Under the pieces are notes generated by a model. That model saw only the letters and a list, made by a program, of their open reading frames with translations. It made no database searches and was not told where the DNA came from. Positions 29,498 to 38,412 of a stretch of DNA of 64,000 nt are shown one piece after another (the first letter of the stretch is position 1; every line of letters starts with the position of its first letter). The DNA comes from Candidatus Omnitrophota bacterium (lineage in GTDB: Bacteria; Omnitrophota; Gorgyraeia; Zapsychrales; Fredricksoniimonadaceae), in assembly GCA_903836515.1 (NCBI GenBank), contig CAILQW010000032.1:833-64832 (forward strand), in the 5' to 3' direction. Position numbers and translations under genes: made by a program.

Positions 29498-29560
29498 GGC
29501 TTTACAACATGACCGGATTTTTTCCGGGTAGTCAGCGGCAATAACGCTGGCAGGGAAGAT

Positions 29561-29779
29561 ATGGCGAGAGAAGACCTGATCGAAGTTGAAGGCGTTGTTG
29601 AGGAAGCGTTGCCCAACGCGATGTTTCGTGTCGTGATGGATAACGGGCACAAGGTGCTTGCGCATGTTTCGGGCAAGATGAGGATGAATTTCATCCGTAT
29701 CATTCCCGGCGACAAGGTGAAAGTTGAATTGACCCCGTATGATCTTTCCCGGGGAAGAATAACATACAGGAATAAATGA
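29561..29779 (+). CDS. infA: Translation initiation factor IF-1
   Basis: 72 aa S1-like OB fold, canonical IF-1 sequence. Confidence 0.95.
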   Translation: MAREDLIEVEGVVEEALPNAMFRVVMDNGHKVLAHVSGKMRMNFIRIIPGDKVKVELTPYDLSRGRITYRNK

Positions 29780-29780
29780 T

Positions 29781-29894
29781 ATGAAAGTCAAATCGTCGGT
29801 CAAAAGGATCTGCAATAAATGCAAGGTCATCAGGCGCGAACGTGTCGTGCGCGTGATCTGTGAAAATCCGAAACACAAACAAAGACAAGGATAA
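29781..29894 (+). CDS. rpmJ: 50S ribosomal protein L36 (37 aa; below ORF-track size cutoff)
   Basis: [37 protein letters not shown], Zn-ribbon L36 signature, between infA and rpsM. Confidence 0.85.
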   Translation: MKVKSSVKRICNKCKVIRRERVVRVICENPKHKQRQG

Positions 29895-29900
29895 CGACCC

Positions 29901-30278
29901 ATGGCAAGAATTTTAGGTATCGACCTGCCCAGGGACAAGCGTGTAGAAGCGGCGCTTGTTTACATCTATGGTATCGGTCCGGCCCGTGCGCAGAGGATCC
30001 TCCAGGCGACAGCTATCAGCGCCGATAAACGTTCCAAGGACCTCACCGAAGACGAGGTTTCCAGGATCACGGCGTTCATTCAGAAGAATTATGTGGTTGA
30101 GGGGGATCTTCGCCGTGAAGTGCAGCAGAATGTCCGGCAGCACATGGATATGGGCACCTACCGTGGCTTGCGTCACCGCAAGGGGCTTCCAGTCCGCGGT
30201 CAGAGGACTCGTACGAATTCCCGCACGCGCAAAGGGCGCAAGGCGACCGTCGGCGGAATGAAGAAGAAAGCAGAATAA
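29901..30278 (+). CDS. rpsM: 30S ribosomal protein S13
   Basis: [26 protein letters not shown] canonical. Confidence 0.95.
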   Translation: MARILGIDLPRDKRVEAALVYIYGIGPARAQRILQATAISADKRSKDLTEDEVSRITAFIQKNYVVEGDLRREVQQNVRQHMDMGTYRGLRHRKGLPVRGQRTRTNSRTRKGRKATVGGMKKKAE

Positions 30279-30291
30279 GAGGTTATATCGC

Positions 30292-30741
30292 ATGTCGAAA
30301 GTCACCAAACCAGCAGCAGCCAGTTCCCAGCAAGCGCAGACCACGTCCAAAACAGCGACGCGGAAGTCGAAGCAGAAGAAGCGTTCCCTGAAGGGAATTA
30401 CGAGCGGCCTTGTGATGATCAAAGCCACGTTTAACAACACCATCATCACCATCACGGACAGGCAGGGGAACACCATTGTCTGGGCCACACCGGGTGGCAG
30501 CGGTTTTACCGGCTCCAAGAAGTCAACACCTTTTGCCGCGCAGGTTGCGGCGGGTGAAGCGGCCAAACGCGCTAAAGAACTTGGCATCGAAACTGTTGAA
30601 GTGCTTGTCAAAGGGCCTGGCACGGGAAGGGAATCGTCGATTCGCGCGATCCAGGCGGCAGGCATCCAGGTTACTTCAATCCGTGACGTCACGCCCATAC
30701 CGCACAATGGCTGCCGTCCCCGGAAGAAACGTAGAGTTTAG
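30292..30741 (+). CDS. rpsK: 30S ribosomal protein S11
   Basis: 149 aa; conserved C-terminal [14 protein letters not shown]. Confidence 0.95.
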   Translation: MSKVTKPAAASSQQAQTTSKTATRKSKQKKRSLKGITSGLVMIKATFNNTIITITDRQGNTIVWATPGGSGFTGSKKSTPFAAQVAAGEAAKRAKELGIETVEVLVKGPGTGRESSIRAIQAAGIQVTSIRDVTPIPHNGCRPRKKRRV

Positions 30742-30760
30742 TAGAAAGGAATTTTGATCC

Positions 30761-31369
30761 ATGGCACGCTATACAGGTCCTCGTTGTCGTCTTTCCCGCC
30801 GAGAAGGGGTTAATCTCGGGCTCAAGAAAAGGTGGTCTCTCGACAAGCGCGAGACGATCCCCGGTCAGCACGGCACACGGCGCTCCAAGTTGTCCAATTA
30901 CGGTCTGCAGCTGCGCGAAAAACAGAAGGCCAAACGTATTTACGGCATTCTTGAAAAGCAGTTCCGCAATTATTATCTGAAAGCTTCCGCCGCCAAGGGA
31001 GTAACCGGTACGGTACTCTTGCAAACGCTGGAATGCCGCCTGGATAATGTCATTTACCGCATGGGATTTGCCATCACGCGTGCCCAGGGCCGCCAGATCG
31101 CCAATCACGGCCTGGCGCGGGTCAATGGCCGCAAGGTGGATGTGCCGTCTTTTCATGTGAAGGCCGGCGATGTGATCACTTTTAATGACAAGGAATCCGT
31201 TCGCAAATATGTTCTTAAGAATATTGAAATGAACGAAGGCTGGTCTGTCCCGTCGTGGCTTCAGGCGGATAATACGAAACTGGAAGGCAAGGTCGTCCGC
31301 ATTCCTGCGCGCGAGGAGATCGTTGTCCCGGTGAACGAACAGCTCATCATTGAGTTGTATTCGAAATAA
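30761..31369 (+). CDS. rpsD: 30S ribosomal protein S4
   Basis: MARYTGPRCRLSRREG N-terminus, S4 domain. Confidence 0.95.
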   Translation: MARYTGPRCRLSRREGVNLGLKKRWSLDKRETIPGQHGTRRSKLSNYGLQLREKQKAKRIYGILEKQFRNYYLKASAAKGVTGTVLLQTLECRLDNVIYRMGFAITRAQGRQIANHGLARVNGRKVDVPSFHVKAGDVITFNDKESVRKYVLKNIEMNEGWSVPSWLQADNTKLEGKVVRIPAREEIVVPVNEQLIIELYSK

Positions 31370-31398
31370 TAGTTTCAGTCCAAAGGAGGATAGAACTC

Positions 31399-32394
31399 AT
31401 GGGTGTTAAATGGCGTGATTTTCAGATGCCCAAGCGTCTTGAATGTGACGAAGCGACGTACAATGACCGTTACGGAAAGTTCATCGCCGAACCTTTTGAG
31501 CGCGGCTATGGAGTGACGCTGGGTAACTCGCTGCGGCGCATTCTTCTTTCCTCGATCGAAGGCAGTGCTGTGACATCCATTCATATCGACGGGGTGGAGC
31601 ATGAGTTTTCCACCGTTCCTGGTGTGCTTGAAACGGTCAGCGACATCATCCTGAATATCAAGGAACTTGTGGTGCGTTCGCACTCCAAGGTTCCCAAAAG
31701 CATTTATATCAAGACCTCGAAGAAGGGTGAGATCAAGGCCAGGGATATCATTTGCGACGAGACCATTGAGATCCTGAATCCCGATCACCATGTGTGCACC
31801 ATCACCCAGGATATCAATTTCAACCTGGAGATGGAAGTCTGCCGCGGCCGCGGTTATGTGCCGGCGGAACTGAACAAGAAAGACGCGGCGCCCCTGGGCA
31901 CCATCGCTGTGGATTCCATTTTTACGCCCATCGAGAAGGTTAATTTCTTTTCTGAAAATACCCGCGTGGGCCAGCGTACGGATTATGATCGCCTGATCCT
32001 CGAGATATGGACCAACGGCGGCATCAATCCCAAGGAAGCGCTTCTTTACGCGGCTAATATTCTCCAGCGCCACCTGGATGTTTTTGTCAGTTATGGCCAG
32101 CTGCCGGAGGAAGAGGAAGAGGAAGAGGAGATTTCCGTCGAGGAACAGGCGCTCTATGACAAGCTGCGCCTTCCGATTTCGGAACTCGAGCTCTCGGTCC
32201 GCAGTTCCAATTGTCTCAAGGAAGCCAATATCAAGAGTCTTTCGGAACTCGTCCGCAAGACGGAGGAAGAACTGCTTGATTTCCGGAATTTCGGCAAGAA
32301 GTCCCTGACCGAAATCGGTGATGTCCTCAAGGCGCATGGCTTGAGCCTGGGCATGAAGATTGACATGAAAAAGTTAAGAAAGAAGAGTGAATAA
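31399..32394 (+). CDS. rpoA: DNA-directed RNA polymerase alpha subunit
   Basis: 331 aa, NTD dimerisation and CTD (helix-hairpin-helix) regions; poly-Glu linker EEEEEEE. Confidence 0.95.
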   Translation: MGVKWRDFQMPKRLECDEATYNDRYGKFIAEPFERGYGVTLGNSLRRILLSSIEGSAVTSIHIDGVEHEFSTVPGVLETVSDIILNIKELVVRSHSKVPKSIYIKTSKKGEIKARDIICDETIEILNPDHHVCTITQDINFNLEMEVCRGRGYVPAELNKKDAAPLGTIAVDSIFTPIEKVNFFSENTRVGQRTDYDRLILEIWTNGGINPKEALLYAANILQRHLDVFVSYGQLPEEEEEEEEISVEEQALYDKLRLPISELELSVRSSNCLKEANIKSLSELVRKTEEELLDFRNFGKKSLTEIGDVLKAHGLSLGMKIDMKKLRKKSE

Positions 32395-32949
32395 ATGAGA
32401 CACGGTGTAGCAGGAAAAAAATTCGGCCGCAACCAGAAGTTGCGTGAAGCAACGGTCCGTGACCTCGTCAAGGCTGTCCTGATCAATTTTACGATCCGTA
32501 CGACACGCGTGAAGGCCGGGGAAGCGCGCAAGCTGGTTGACAAGATGATCACCCTGGGCAAGAAAAACACCCTGGCTACCAAACGCCGTGCGTTCGCGAT
32601 CCTCTGCGACCATGCGCTTGTCAGTGACCTCTTTACCAGGATAGCGCCGCTTTTTGCCAACCGCCACGGCGGGTATACGCGGATCATCAAGCTTTCCATC
32701 AACCGCCAGGGCGATAACGCAGAGATGGTCATCCTGGAATTGACGGAGAAGCCTGCTGTTGCCGAGGCTGTTGACGCCGCCAAGGCCCAGAAGGCCGCCA
32801 AGCCCTCCAAGCCCGGCGACAAGAAGGCCGAGGATGCCGTTATTGTATCTGACAAGAAGCCCAAGGCTGAAAAGCCGGCCGCTTCTTCCCGCAAGTCTGC
32901 GGACAAGCAGGAACCTAAAGAGAAAAAGCCCGCGGCAAAGAAGGCTTGA
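32395..32949 (+). CDS. rplQ: 50S ribosomal protein L17 with ~65-aa Lys/Ala/Pro-rich C-terminal tail
   Basis: L17 core (RKLGR...HRKAL) 1-120 followed by AKAQKAAKPSKPGDKKAEDA...KEKKPAAKKA. Confidence 0.9.
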   Translation: MRHGVAGKKFGRNQKLREATVRDLVKAVLINFTIRTTRVKAGEARKLVDKMITLGKKNTLATKRRAFAILCDHALVSDLFTRIAPLFANRHGGYTRIIKLSINRQGDNAEMVILELTEKPAVAEAVDAAKAQKAAKPSKPGDKKAEDAVIVSDKKPKAEKPAASSRKSADKQEPKEKKPAAKKA

Positions 32950-32950
32950 T

Positions 32951-34117
32951 ATGGTCAGGATCAACTCCCGCATCGCGCAGGTTACGGGATCCACAACACT
33001 TGCGATCACGGCCCGGGCTAATGAGTTGAAGGCCCAGGGCGTGGATGTCGTGAGTTTTGCGGCGGGAGAGCCTGATTTTGATACGCCGGATTATATCAAA
33101 GAGGCGGCGCTCCAGGCGATCAAGAACGGGTTCACCAAGTATACGCCCTCAAGCGGTACCGAAGAGCTTCGTGCCGCGATCTGCGACAAGTTAAAGCGGG
33201 ATAACGCCCTTGACTACAAGCCCGCAGAGATCGTTGTGGGCTGCGGGGCCAAGCACGCGATATTCAACGCGGTCATGGTACTCTGTGACGCCGGTGACGA
33301 GGTCCTGATCCCCGCGCCGTACTGGGTTAGTTATCCGGAGATGGTCAAGGTTGCCGGTGCAACCCCCAAATACATTCAGACGACACCGGCCTCCGGTTTC
33401 AGGATCACGCCTGTCCAGCTCCAGGCCGCCATCACGCCGCGCACAAAACTTCTTATCCTTAATTCGCCTTCTAATCCTACAGGGTCCGTCTATTCACGCG
33501 CCGAGCTTGAAGCCATTGCGGATATTTGTCTCAAGAACGGGCTCTACGTGATCTCCGACGAGATCTACGAAAAACTGCTTTATACCGATGCCCCCTTTAC
33601 ATCTATTGCCGCGCTGGGCAAGGGGATTCAGGCCTTGACCATCACTGTCAACGGGATGTCCAAGGCCTATGCGATGACCGGATGGCGCATCGGTTATGCC
33701 GCAGGCCCTTCCGCGATCATGGGGCACATGAAGAACCTTCAGGACCATTCGACATCCAACCCGTGCTCTATCAGCCAGAAAGCCGCGCTGGCCGCCCTGC
33801 GTGCGCCTGAGGATGGCATCCGCGCGATGCGCGACGAATTTCTGGTGCGCAGGAATTTAATGATGTCCCTGGTTGACGGGATACCCGGTGTCAGTTATAT
33901 TAAGCCAGACGGTGCTTTCTACCTTTTTTGTGATTTCTCGAAGTTTGGCCCATGCGCCGAGGTTGCCAAGAGGATCCTGAACGAGGTCAATGTGGCGGTC
34001 ATCCCCGGCGACGGGTTCGGTGCGGAAGGGTATCTCCGCCTTACCTTCTGCACTTCCCAGGAACGTATCCGCGAAGGTGTCCGCCGTATCAAGGAATGGA
34101 TCGCCAGATCCATATAA
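32951..34117 (+). CDS. Pyridoxal-phosphate-dependent aminotransferase, class I (aspartate aminotransferase-like)
   Basis: Fold type I motifs (SKAYAMTGWRIGY, NSPSNPTG); internal ATG 32951 of track ORF 32759; upstream part of ORF is read-through of rplQ tail in another frame. Confidence 0.8.
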   Translation: MVRINSRIAQVTGSTTLAITARANELKAQGVDVVSFAAGEPDFDTPDYIKEAALQAIKNGFTKYTPSSGTEELRAAICDKLKRDNALDYKPAEIVVGCGAKHAIFNAVMVLCDAGDEVLIPAPYWVSYPEMVKVAGATPKYIQTTPASGFRITPVQLQAAITPRTKLLILNSPSNPTGSVYSRAELEAIADICLKNGLYVISDEIYEKLLYTDAPFTSIAALGKGIQALTITVNGMSKAYAMTGWRIGYAAGPSAIMGHMKNLQDHSTSNPCSISQKAALAALRAPEDGIRAMRDEFLVRRNLMMSLVDGIPGVSYIKPDGAFYLFCDFSKFGPCAEVAKRILNEVNVAVIPGDGFGAEGYLRLTFCTSQERIREGVRRIKEWIARSI

Positions 34118-34124
34118 TCTGCCC

Positions 34125-35192
34125 ATGGCTATTGAGCTGAGGGAACTTCTTCTCGCTTCGATCTCCCAGAACGCGTCTGACCTTCATCTGACCAATGCCA
34201 TGCCGCCGGTCTTGCGTATCGACGGGGACCTGCTGGCCCTTCCGTATGATGTTTTTAATGAAGACAGCCTTAAGAAAATGATCTACGGCATCCTGACCGA
34301 TACGCAGAAGGTTCAGTTCGAGGAACAGAAGGAACTTGATTTTTCTCTGGCGATGACGGGCCTGGATCGTTTCCGTGTCAACGTGCATCAGCAGCGCGGA
34401 TCTGTGGAGGCGGCTTTTCGCCGCATCCCGCTTTTCATACCGACAGTCGATGATCTTCAACTGCCGCCGGTCATCGGTACCCTGGCCCGCAAGACCAACG
34501 GGCTTGTGCTGGTGACAGGGCCCACCGGCATGGGAAAATCCACTACCCTGGCCGCGATGGTGCAGCTTATCAACACGGAAAAGCGCTGCCTTGTCATGTC
34601 CATCGAGGACCCCATAGAATTTTTGCATACCAATAAGAAAGCCATCATCAAGCAGCGTGAGGTTTACAAGGATACGCATTCTTTTTCCGAAGCGCTCAAG
34701 CGGTGCCTGCGCCAGGATCCCGATGTGATCGTGGTGGGCGAGATGCGTGACCTTGAGACGATATCAACGGTCCTGACGGCCGCCGAGACAGGACACCTGG
34801 TCCTGGCGACACTTCATACGCCCGACGCACCGCAGACCATCGAGCGTATCATCGACGTATTCCCTCCCTATCAGCAGCAGCAGGTCCGCCAGCAACTCGC
34901 TTCGTGCCTGCAGGGGGTCGTTTCGCAGCGCCTCATGCCGCGCTCCTCGGGTAAAGGACGCGCCCTGGGGCTGGAGATCATGGTGGCCACGCCCGCCATC
35001 CGCAACATGATCCGCGAAGAGGCGGTGGAACAGATCCCTACCGCTATGCAGACAGGCGCTCAGTTCGGCATGAAAACCATGGATCGTTCTCTTAAAGAAC
35101 TTGTCGAGGCCGGGCATATCAGCCTGGATATCGCACTGACGAACGCCAAGAATGTTGAAGAGCTTCGCCAATTCCTCAAATTCCCCAGATAA
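34125..35192 (+). CDS. pilT: Type IV pilus retraction ATPase PilT (twitching motility)
   Basis: Walker A GPTGMGKSTTLAAM, Asp box, His box (TLHT) and PilT-specific AIRNMIREE motif; 355 aa from ATG 34125. Confidence 0.85.
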   Translation: MAIELRELLLASISQNASDLHLTNAMPPVLRIDGDLLALPYDVFNEDSLKKMIYGILTDTQKVQFEEQKELDFSLAMTGLDRFRVNVHQQRGSVEAAFRRIPLFIPTVDDLQLPPVIGTLARKTNGLVLVTGPTGMGKSTTLAAMVQLINTEKRCLVMSIEDPIEFLHTNKKAIIKQREVYKDTHSFSEALKRCLRQDPDVIVVGEMRDLETISTVLTAAETGHLVLATLHTPDAPQTIERIIDVFPPYQQQQVRQQLASCLQGVVSQRLMPRSSGKGRALGLEIMVATPAIRNMIREEAVEQIPTAMQTGAQFGMKTMDRSLKELVEAGHISLDIALTNAKNVEELRQFLKFPR

Positions 35193-35205
35193 GGAAAGGG
35201 TTGTT

Positions 35206-36291
35206 ATGCCTTACCGTGTGACACTGCTCCCCGGTGACGGGATCGGTCCGGAAGTGACGTCGGCCATGAAAAAGTGCGTGGATGCCACCGGTATCCGCGT
35301 GGATTGGGACGAGGTGATGGTGGGGGCGCCAGCCATGGCGCGTTATGGTACGCCGCTGCCGCAGGAAGCCATCGATGCCATCAGAAAGAACAAGGTCGCC
35401 ATCAAGGGACCGATCGAGACGCCCGTCGGCAAGGGATTCCGTTCTGTCAATGTTCAGCTGAGGCAGGAACTTGACCTTTACGCCTGCCTTCGGCCTGCCA
35501 AATATATCGAGGGGACCCGGGCGGTCAATACGAACGTGGATATCATTATTGTCCGCGAGAATACAGAGGACCTTTACGCCGGTGTGGAGTTTGATGTTGA
35601 TTCTGATGAGGCTAAACACCTGATCCGCGAGATCAATGCCCTTTCCCCGAAGAAAGTGCGCGCAGATTCCGCGATTTCCATCAAGCCGATTTCCGTTTTT
35701 GGTTCGGAACGCATCATCCGTTACGCGTTCGATTATGCGCTCAAGAATGGCCGCCGCAAGGTTTCCCTGGTGCACAAGGCCAATATCATGAAATTCACCG
35801 ACGGGCTTTTTTTGCGCATCGGGCGCAAGATTGCTGAGGAATTCGCGGGGAAGATCGCCTTTGAGGATGTTATTGTCGACAATATGTGCATGCAGCTTGT
35901 CCAGAAGCCCGAACTTTATGATGTCCTTGTGCTGCCGAATCTTTACGGTGATATTGTTTCCGATCTTTGCGCCGGTCTTGTGGGGGGGCTGGGGATCGCG
36001 CCGGGAGCCAATATCGGGGCCCAGGCCGCGTTGTTTGAGCCTGTGCATGGCTCCGCCCCCAAATACGCGGGGCAGAACAAGGTCAATCCTACAGCGACTA
36101 TTTTATCCGCGGTGATGATGCTCCGCCATCTGGGCGAGATGGAAGCCGCCGTGCGTCTCGAAAAGGCTGTGGCCGATGTGATCCGGGAAGGCCGTGACGT
36201 GACCTATGATCTTAAAGCCGACCGGCAGGATCCTTCGGCCGTGGGCACACGGGAGATGGCGGATGCTGTCTGCCGCCGCTTGAAAAAATAA
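35206..36291 (+). CDS. Isocitrate/isopropylmalate dehydrogenase family protein (NAD-dependent IDH-like)
   Basis: LPGDGIGPEV N-terminus, NLYGDIVSDL metal/substrate motif; 361 aa. Confidence 0.7.
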   Translation: MPYRVTLLPGDGIGPEVTSAMKKCVDATGIRVDWDEVMVGAPAMARYGTPLPQEAIDAIRKNKVAIKGPIETPVGKGFRSVNVQLRQELDLYACLRPAKYIEGTRAVNTNVDIIIVRENTEDLYAGVEFDVDSDEAKHLIREINALSPKKVRADSAISIKPISVFGSERIIRYAFDYALKNGRRKVSLVHKANIMKFTDGLFLRIGRKIAEEFAGKIAFEDVIVDNMCMQLVQKPELYDVLVLPNLYGDIVSDLCAGLVGGLGIAPGANIGAQAALFEPVHGSAPKYAGQNKVNPTATILSAVMMLRHLGEMEAAVRLEKAVADVIREGRDVTYDLKADRQDPSAVGTREMADAVCRRLKK

Positions 36292-36312
36292 AAAACATTC
36301 ATCTTTTGGAAA

Positions 36313-36352
36313 GGCCCCGCAGGATGCTCATGTCCCCACCGGGGCCTTTTTT
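36313..36352 (+). terminator. Rho-independent terminator after the dehydrogenase gene
   Basis: GGCCCCG...CGGGGCC stem followed by TTTTTT (36347-36352). Confidence 0.55.
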
Positions 36353-36369
36353 ACAGGGGCCTGGTTGTT

Positions 36370-37035
36370 ATGCGCGTCATGCATTGGGGGATGGTCGATT
36401 ATGCCGAGGCGCTGGCGCGGCAGAAAGAACTTGTACGTGCCGTGGCCGGGGGCGCGTCCGGAGTCCTTGTCTTGTGCGAGCATCCGGCGGTGATCACGCT
36501 GGGGCGTAAAGCCGCGATGTCCAATATTCTTATTTCCGGCCAGGATCTTCAGCGGCGGGGGATTTCTCTGGTGGCTGTTGACCGCGGCGGCGACGTAACG
36601 CTCCACGCCCCGGGGCAGCTGGTGGCGTACCCTGTGATGGATCTTAAGACGATGGGGCGGGACATCAGGATGTGCCTGCAGAAAATGGAGCAGGCTTCCG
36701 TTGATTTCCTCCTCGATTTTGATATAGTGGCTAGGGGTCAGGAGGCGCCAGAGCAGGGCGGGCCTTCTTACCGTGGTGTATGGGTCGGTTCCCGCAAGAT
36801 CGCTTCCATGGGGATCGGGATTTCCCGCTGGGTTACCTATCACGGGATAGGGCTTAATATCTCGACGGACATGGGCCTTTTCGACCTTATCCGGCCCTGC
36901 GGTCTGGATGTGCAGATGACTTCGGTGAAGCGCCTGACAGGCAGGGTCCTGCCGATGCGTGAGGCCGCGGAAAGATTCGCAGAACATTTTATCAGGATAT
37001 GCGATGACAAGGATCGTTCTTCCGGAGCTGGGTGA
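36370..37035 (+). CDS. lipB: Octanoyl-[ACP]:protein N-octanoyltransferase (lipoate-protein ligase B)
   Basis: 221 aa; conserved EHPAVITLGRKA and RGGDVTLHAPGQLVAYP motifs. Confidence 0.85.
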   Translation: MRVMHWGMVDYAEALARQKELVRAVAGGASGVLVLCEHPAVITLGRKAAMSNILISGQDLQRRGISLVAVDRGGDVTLHAPGQLVAYPVMDLKTMGRDIRMCLQKMEQASVDFLLDFDIVARGQEAPEQGGPSYRGVWVGSRKIASMGIGISRWVTYHGIGLNISTDMGLFDLIRPCGLDVQMTSVKRLTGRVLPMREAAERFAEHFIRICDDKDRSSGAG

Positions 37036-37234
37036 AGGGATATTAAAAGCCGAGATTGTGCACTGGCATTTTCAGGAAGGCCAGGGTGTGACCCCCGATG
37101 ATGATGTCGTGGAGCTTGTCACCGACAAGGCTGTATTCAATGTGCCGGCGCCTTCTTGCGGTCGGATCAGAAAGATTTATTACGGGGAAGGCCAGGAGGC
37201 GCCGGTGGGTGCTGTGCTGGCTGACCTTGATTAA
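37004..37234 (+). CDS. Stand-alone lipoyl-attachment domain protein (76 aa)
   Basis: LPELGEGILKAEIVHW...VVELVTDKAVFNVPAPSCGRI: biotinyl/lipoyl hybrid-barrel with the modifiable Lys in TDKA; start overlaps lipB 3' end by 32 nt. Confidence 0.65.
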   Translation: MTRIVLPELGEGILKAEIVHWHFQEGQGVTPDDDVVELVTDKAVFNVPAPSCGRIRKIYYGEGQEAPVGAVLADLD

Positions 37235-37273
37235 CGTTTCCCAGGCTTGCCTGGAAAGCACAGACCGAGGGCT

Positions 37274-38401
37274 ATGAAACAGCGCAAGATCCTTTTGATG
37301 TATATTTCCAGGGTGTCCGGCCACAGGCAGGCCACCGTGGCTATTTCCAAGTCCCTGAAGAAATTTATTCCGGATGCCGAAGTCATGAGCATCAATGGCT
37401 TCGGGTATAATTACCCGCTTCTGGAACACGTGGTGAATGCGGCTTATATGACCGTGATCAAGCATACGCCGGGTGTTTGGGATTATATCTATGACAACCC
37501 CAGGGTCGTCAAGCGTTCCGCAAACCTGCGCAAGTTCCTCAACAAGTCCAGCCATAAGAAACTTGAAAAATTGTTCCGGGAATTTCCGGCGGACACGGTC
37601 ATCTGTTCCCAGGCGTTTCCCTGCAGCATGGTGGCGGACTATAAGGTGTCGCGCGGGCTTAAGTTCAACCTGATCGGGACACTGACCGATTACGCGCCGC
37701 ATTCTTACTGGATCAATGACGGGGTGGACCATTATATTGTTCCGTCGGAAGACACCCGTGCGCGGTTTATCGGCAAAGGCGTCTCTCCGGCCAAGATCAA
37801 GGCTTTCGGCATCCCGATCCGCTACAAGTTCGCCGGGCGGCTGGACAAGGCCGCTGTCCGTGAAAGTCTGGGGCTTGATCCGCGTATTCCCGTTGTCCTG
37901 GTGATGGGGGGCGGGCAGGGCCTCGGGCCGATGAAAGACGCGGTTAAAGAACTTGTCCGGATGGACATGCCTATCCAGCTCGTCGTGGTCGCGGGCGCGA
38001 ACCTCAAATTGTTCAGGTGGCTTAAAAAGACAGCGCCGGCATCTTCCCGGAAGATCGTGTATTACGATTATGCCAATAATGTGGATGAGCTTATGGAGGC
38101 CGCGGACCTCATCGTGACCAAGCCCGGCGGGATGACAACCTCCGAGTGCCTCGTCAAGGGGCTTCCCATGCTGATCATCAATCCTCTGCCCGGCCAGGAA
38201 GAACGTAACGCGAATTTTCTCCTGGAACAGGGGATCGCGGTGCGTGTCAATGACCTTGTGGACCTCGCCGACGAGGTCGAGATCTTGTTCAAATCGCCCG
38301 AACGCCTGAAGGCCATGTCGAGGGCGGCTTATGATAACGGTAAACCTCATGCCGCCGATGATATCGCACGGCTGGTTATGGGGCTCCCTTCGGCTGGCTA
38401 G
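37274..38401 (+). CDS. Glycosyltransferase family 28-like (MGDG synthase / diacylglycerol glycosyltransferase-like)
   Basis: N-terminal MGDG-synthase-like region and C-terminal GT-B UDP-sugar binding fold (GGGQGLGP...TKPGGMTTSE). Confidence 0.7.
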   Translation: MKQRKILLMYISRVSGHRQATVAISKSLKKFIPDAEVMSINGFGYNYPLLEHVVNAAYMTVIKHTPGVWDYIYDNPRVVKRSANLRKFLNKSSHKKLEKLFREFPADTVICSQAFPCSMVADYKVSRGLKFNLIGTLTDYAPHSYWINDGVDHYIVPSEDTRARFIGKGVSPAKIKAFGIPIRYKFAGRLDKAAVRESLGLDPRIPVVLVMGGGQGLGPMKDAVKELVRMDMPIQLVVVAGANLKLFRWLKKTAPASSRKIVYYDYANNVDELMEAADLIVTKPGGMTTSECLVKGLPMLIINPLPGQEERNANFLLEQGIAVRVNDLVDLADEVEILFKSPERLKAMSRAAYDNGKPHAADDIARLVMGLPSAG

Positions 38402-38412
38402 GGGTATTATGG

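Noticed and set aside
32100-32135. GAAGAGGAAGAGGAAGAGGAG repeat
   Set aside because: Encodes the poly-Glu linker of the RpoA alpha-CTD. Not a CRISPR or other repeat; no spacer-repeat periodicity anywhere in the window.
31375-32337. 320-aa minus-strand ORF
   Set aside because: Antisense to rpoA, with no motif support.
32759-32950. N-terminal 64 codons of track ORF 32759..34117
   Set aside because: Read-through of the L17 KA-rich tail region in another frame; the aminotransferase starts at ATG 32951.
37043-38350. 435-aa minus-strand ORF
   Set aside because: Antisense to the GT28 glycosyltransferase gene, with no domain signature. The plus-strand gene has clear GT-B motifs and operon context.
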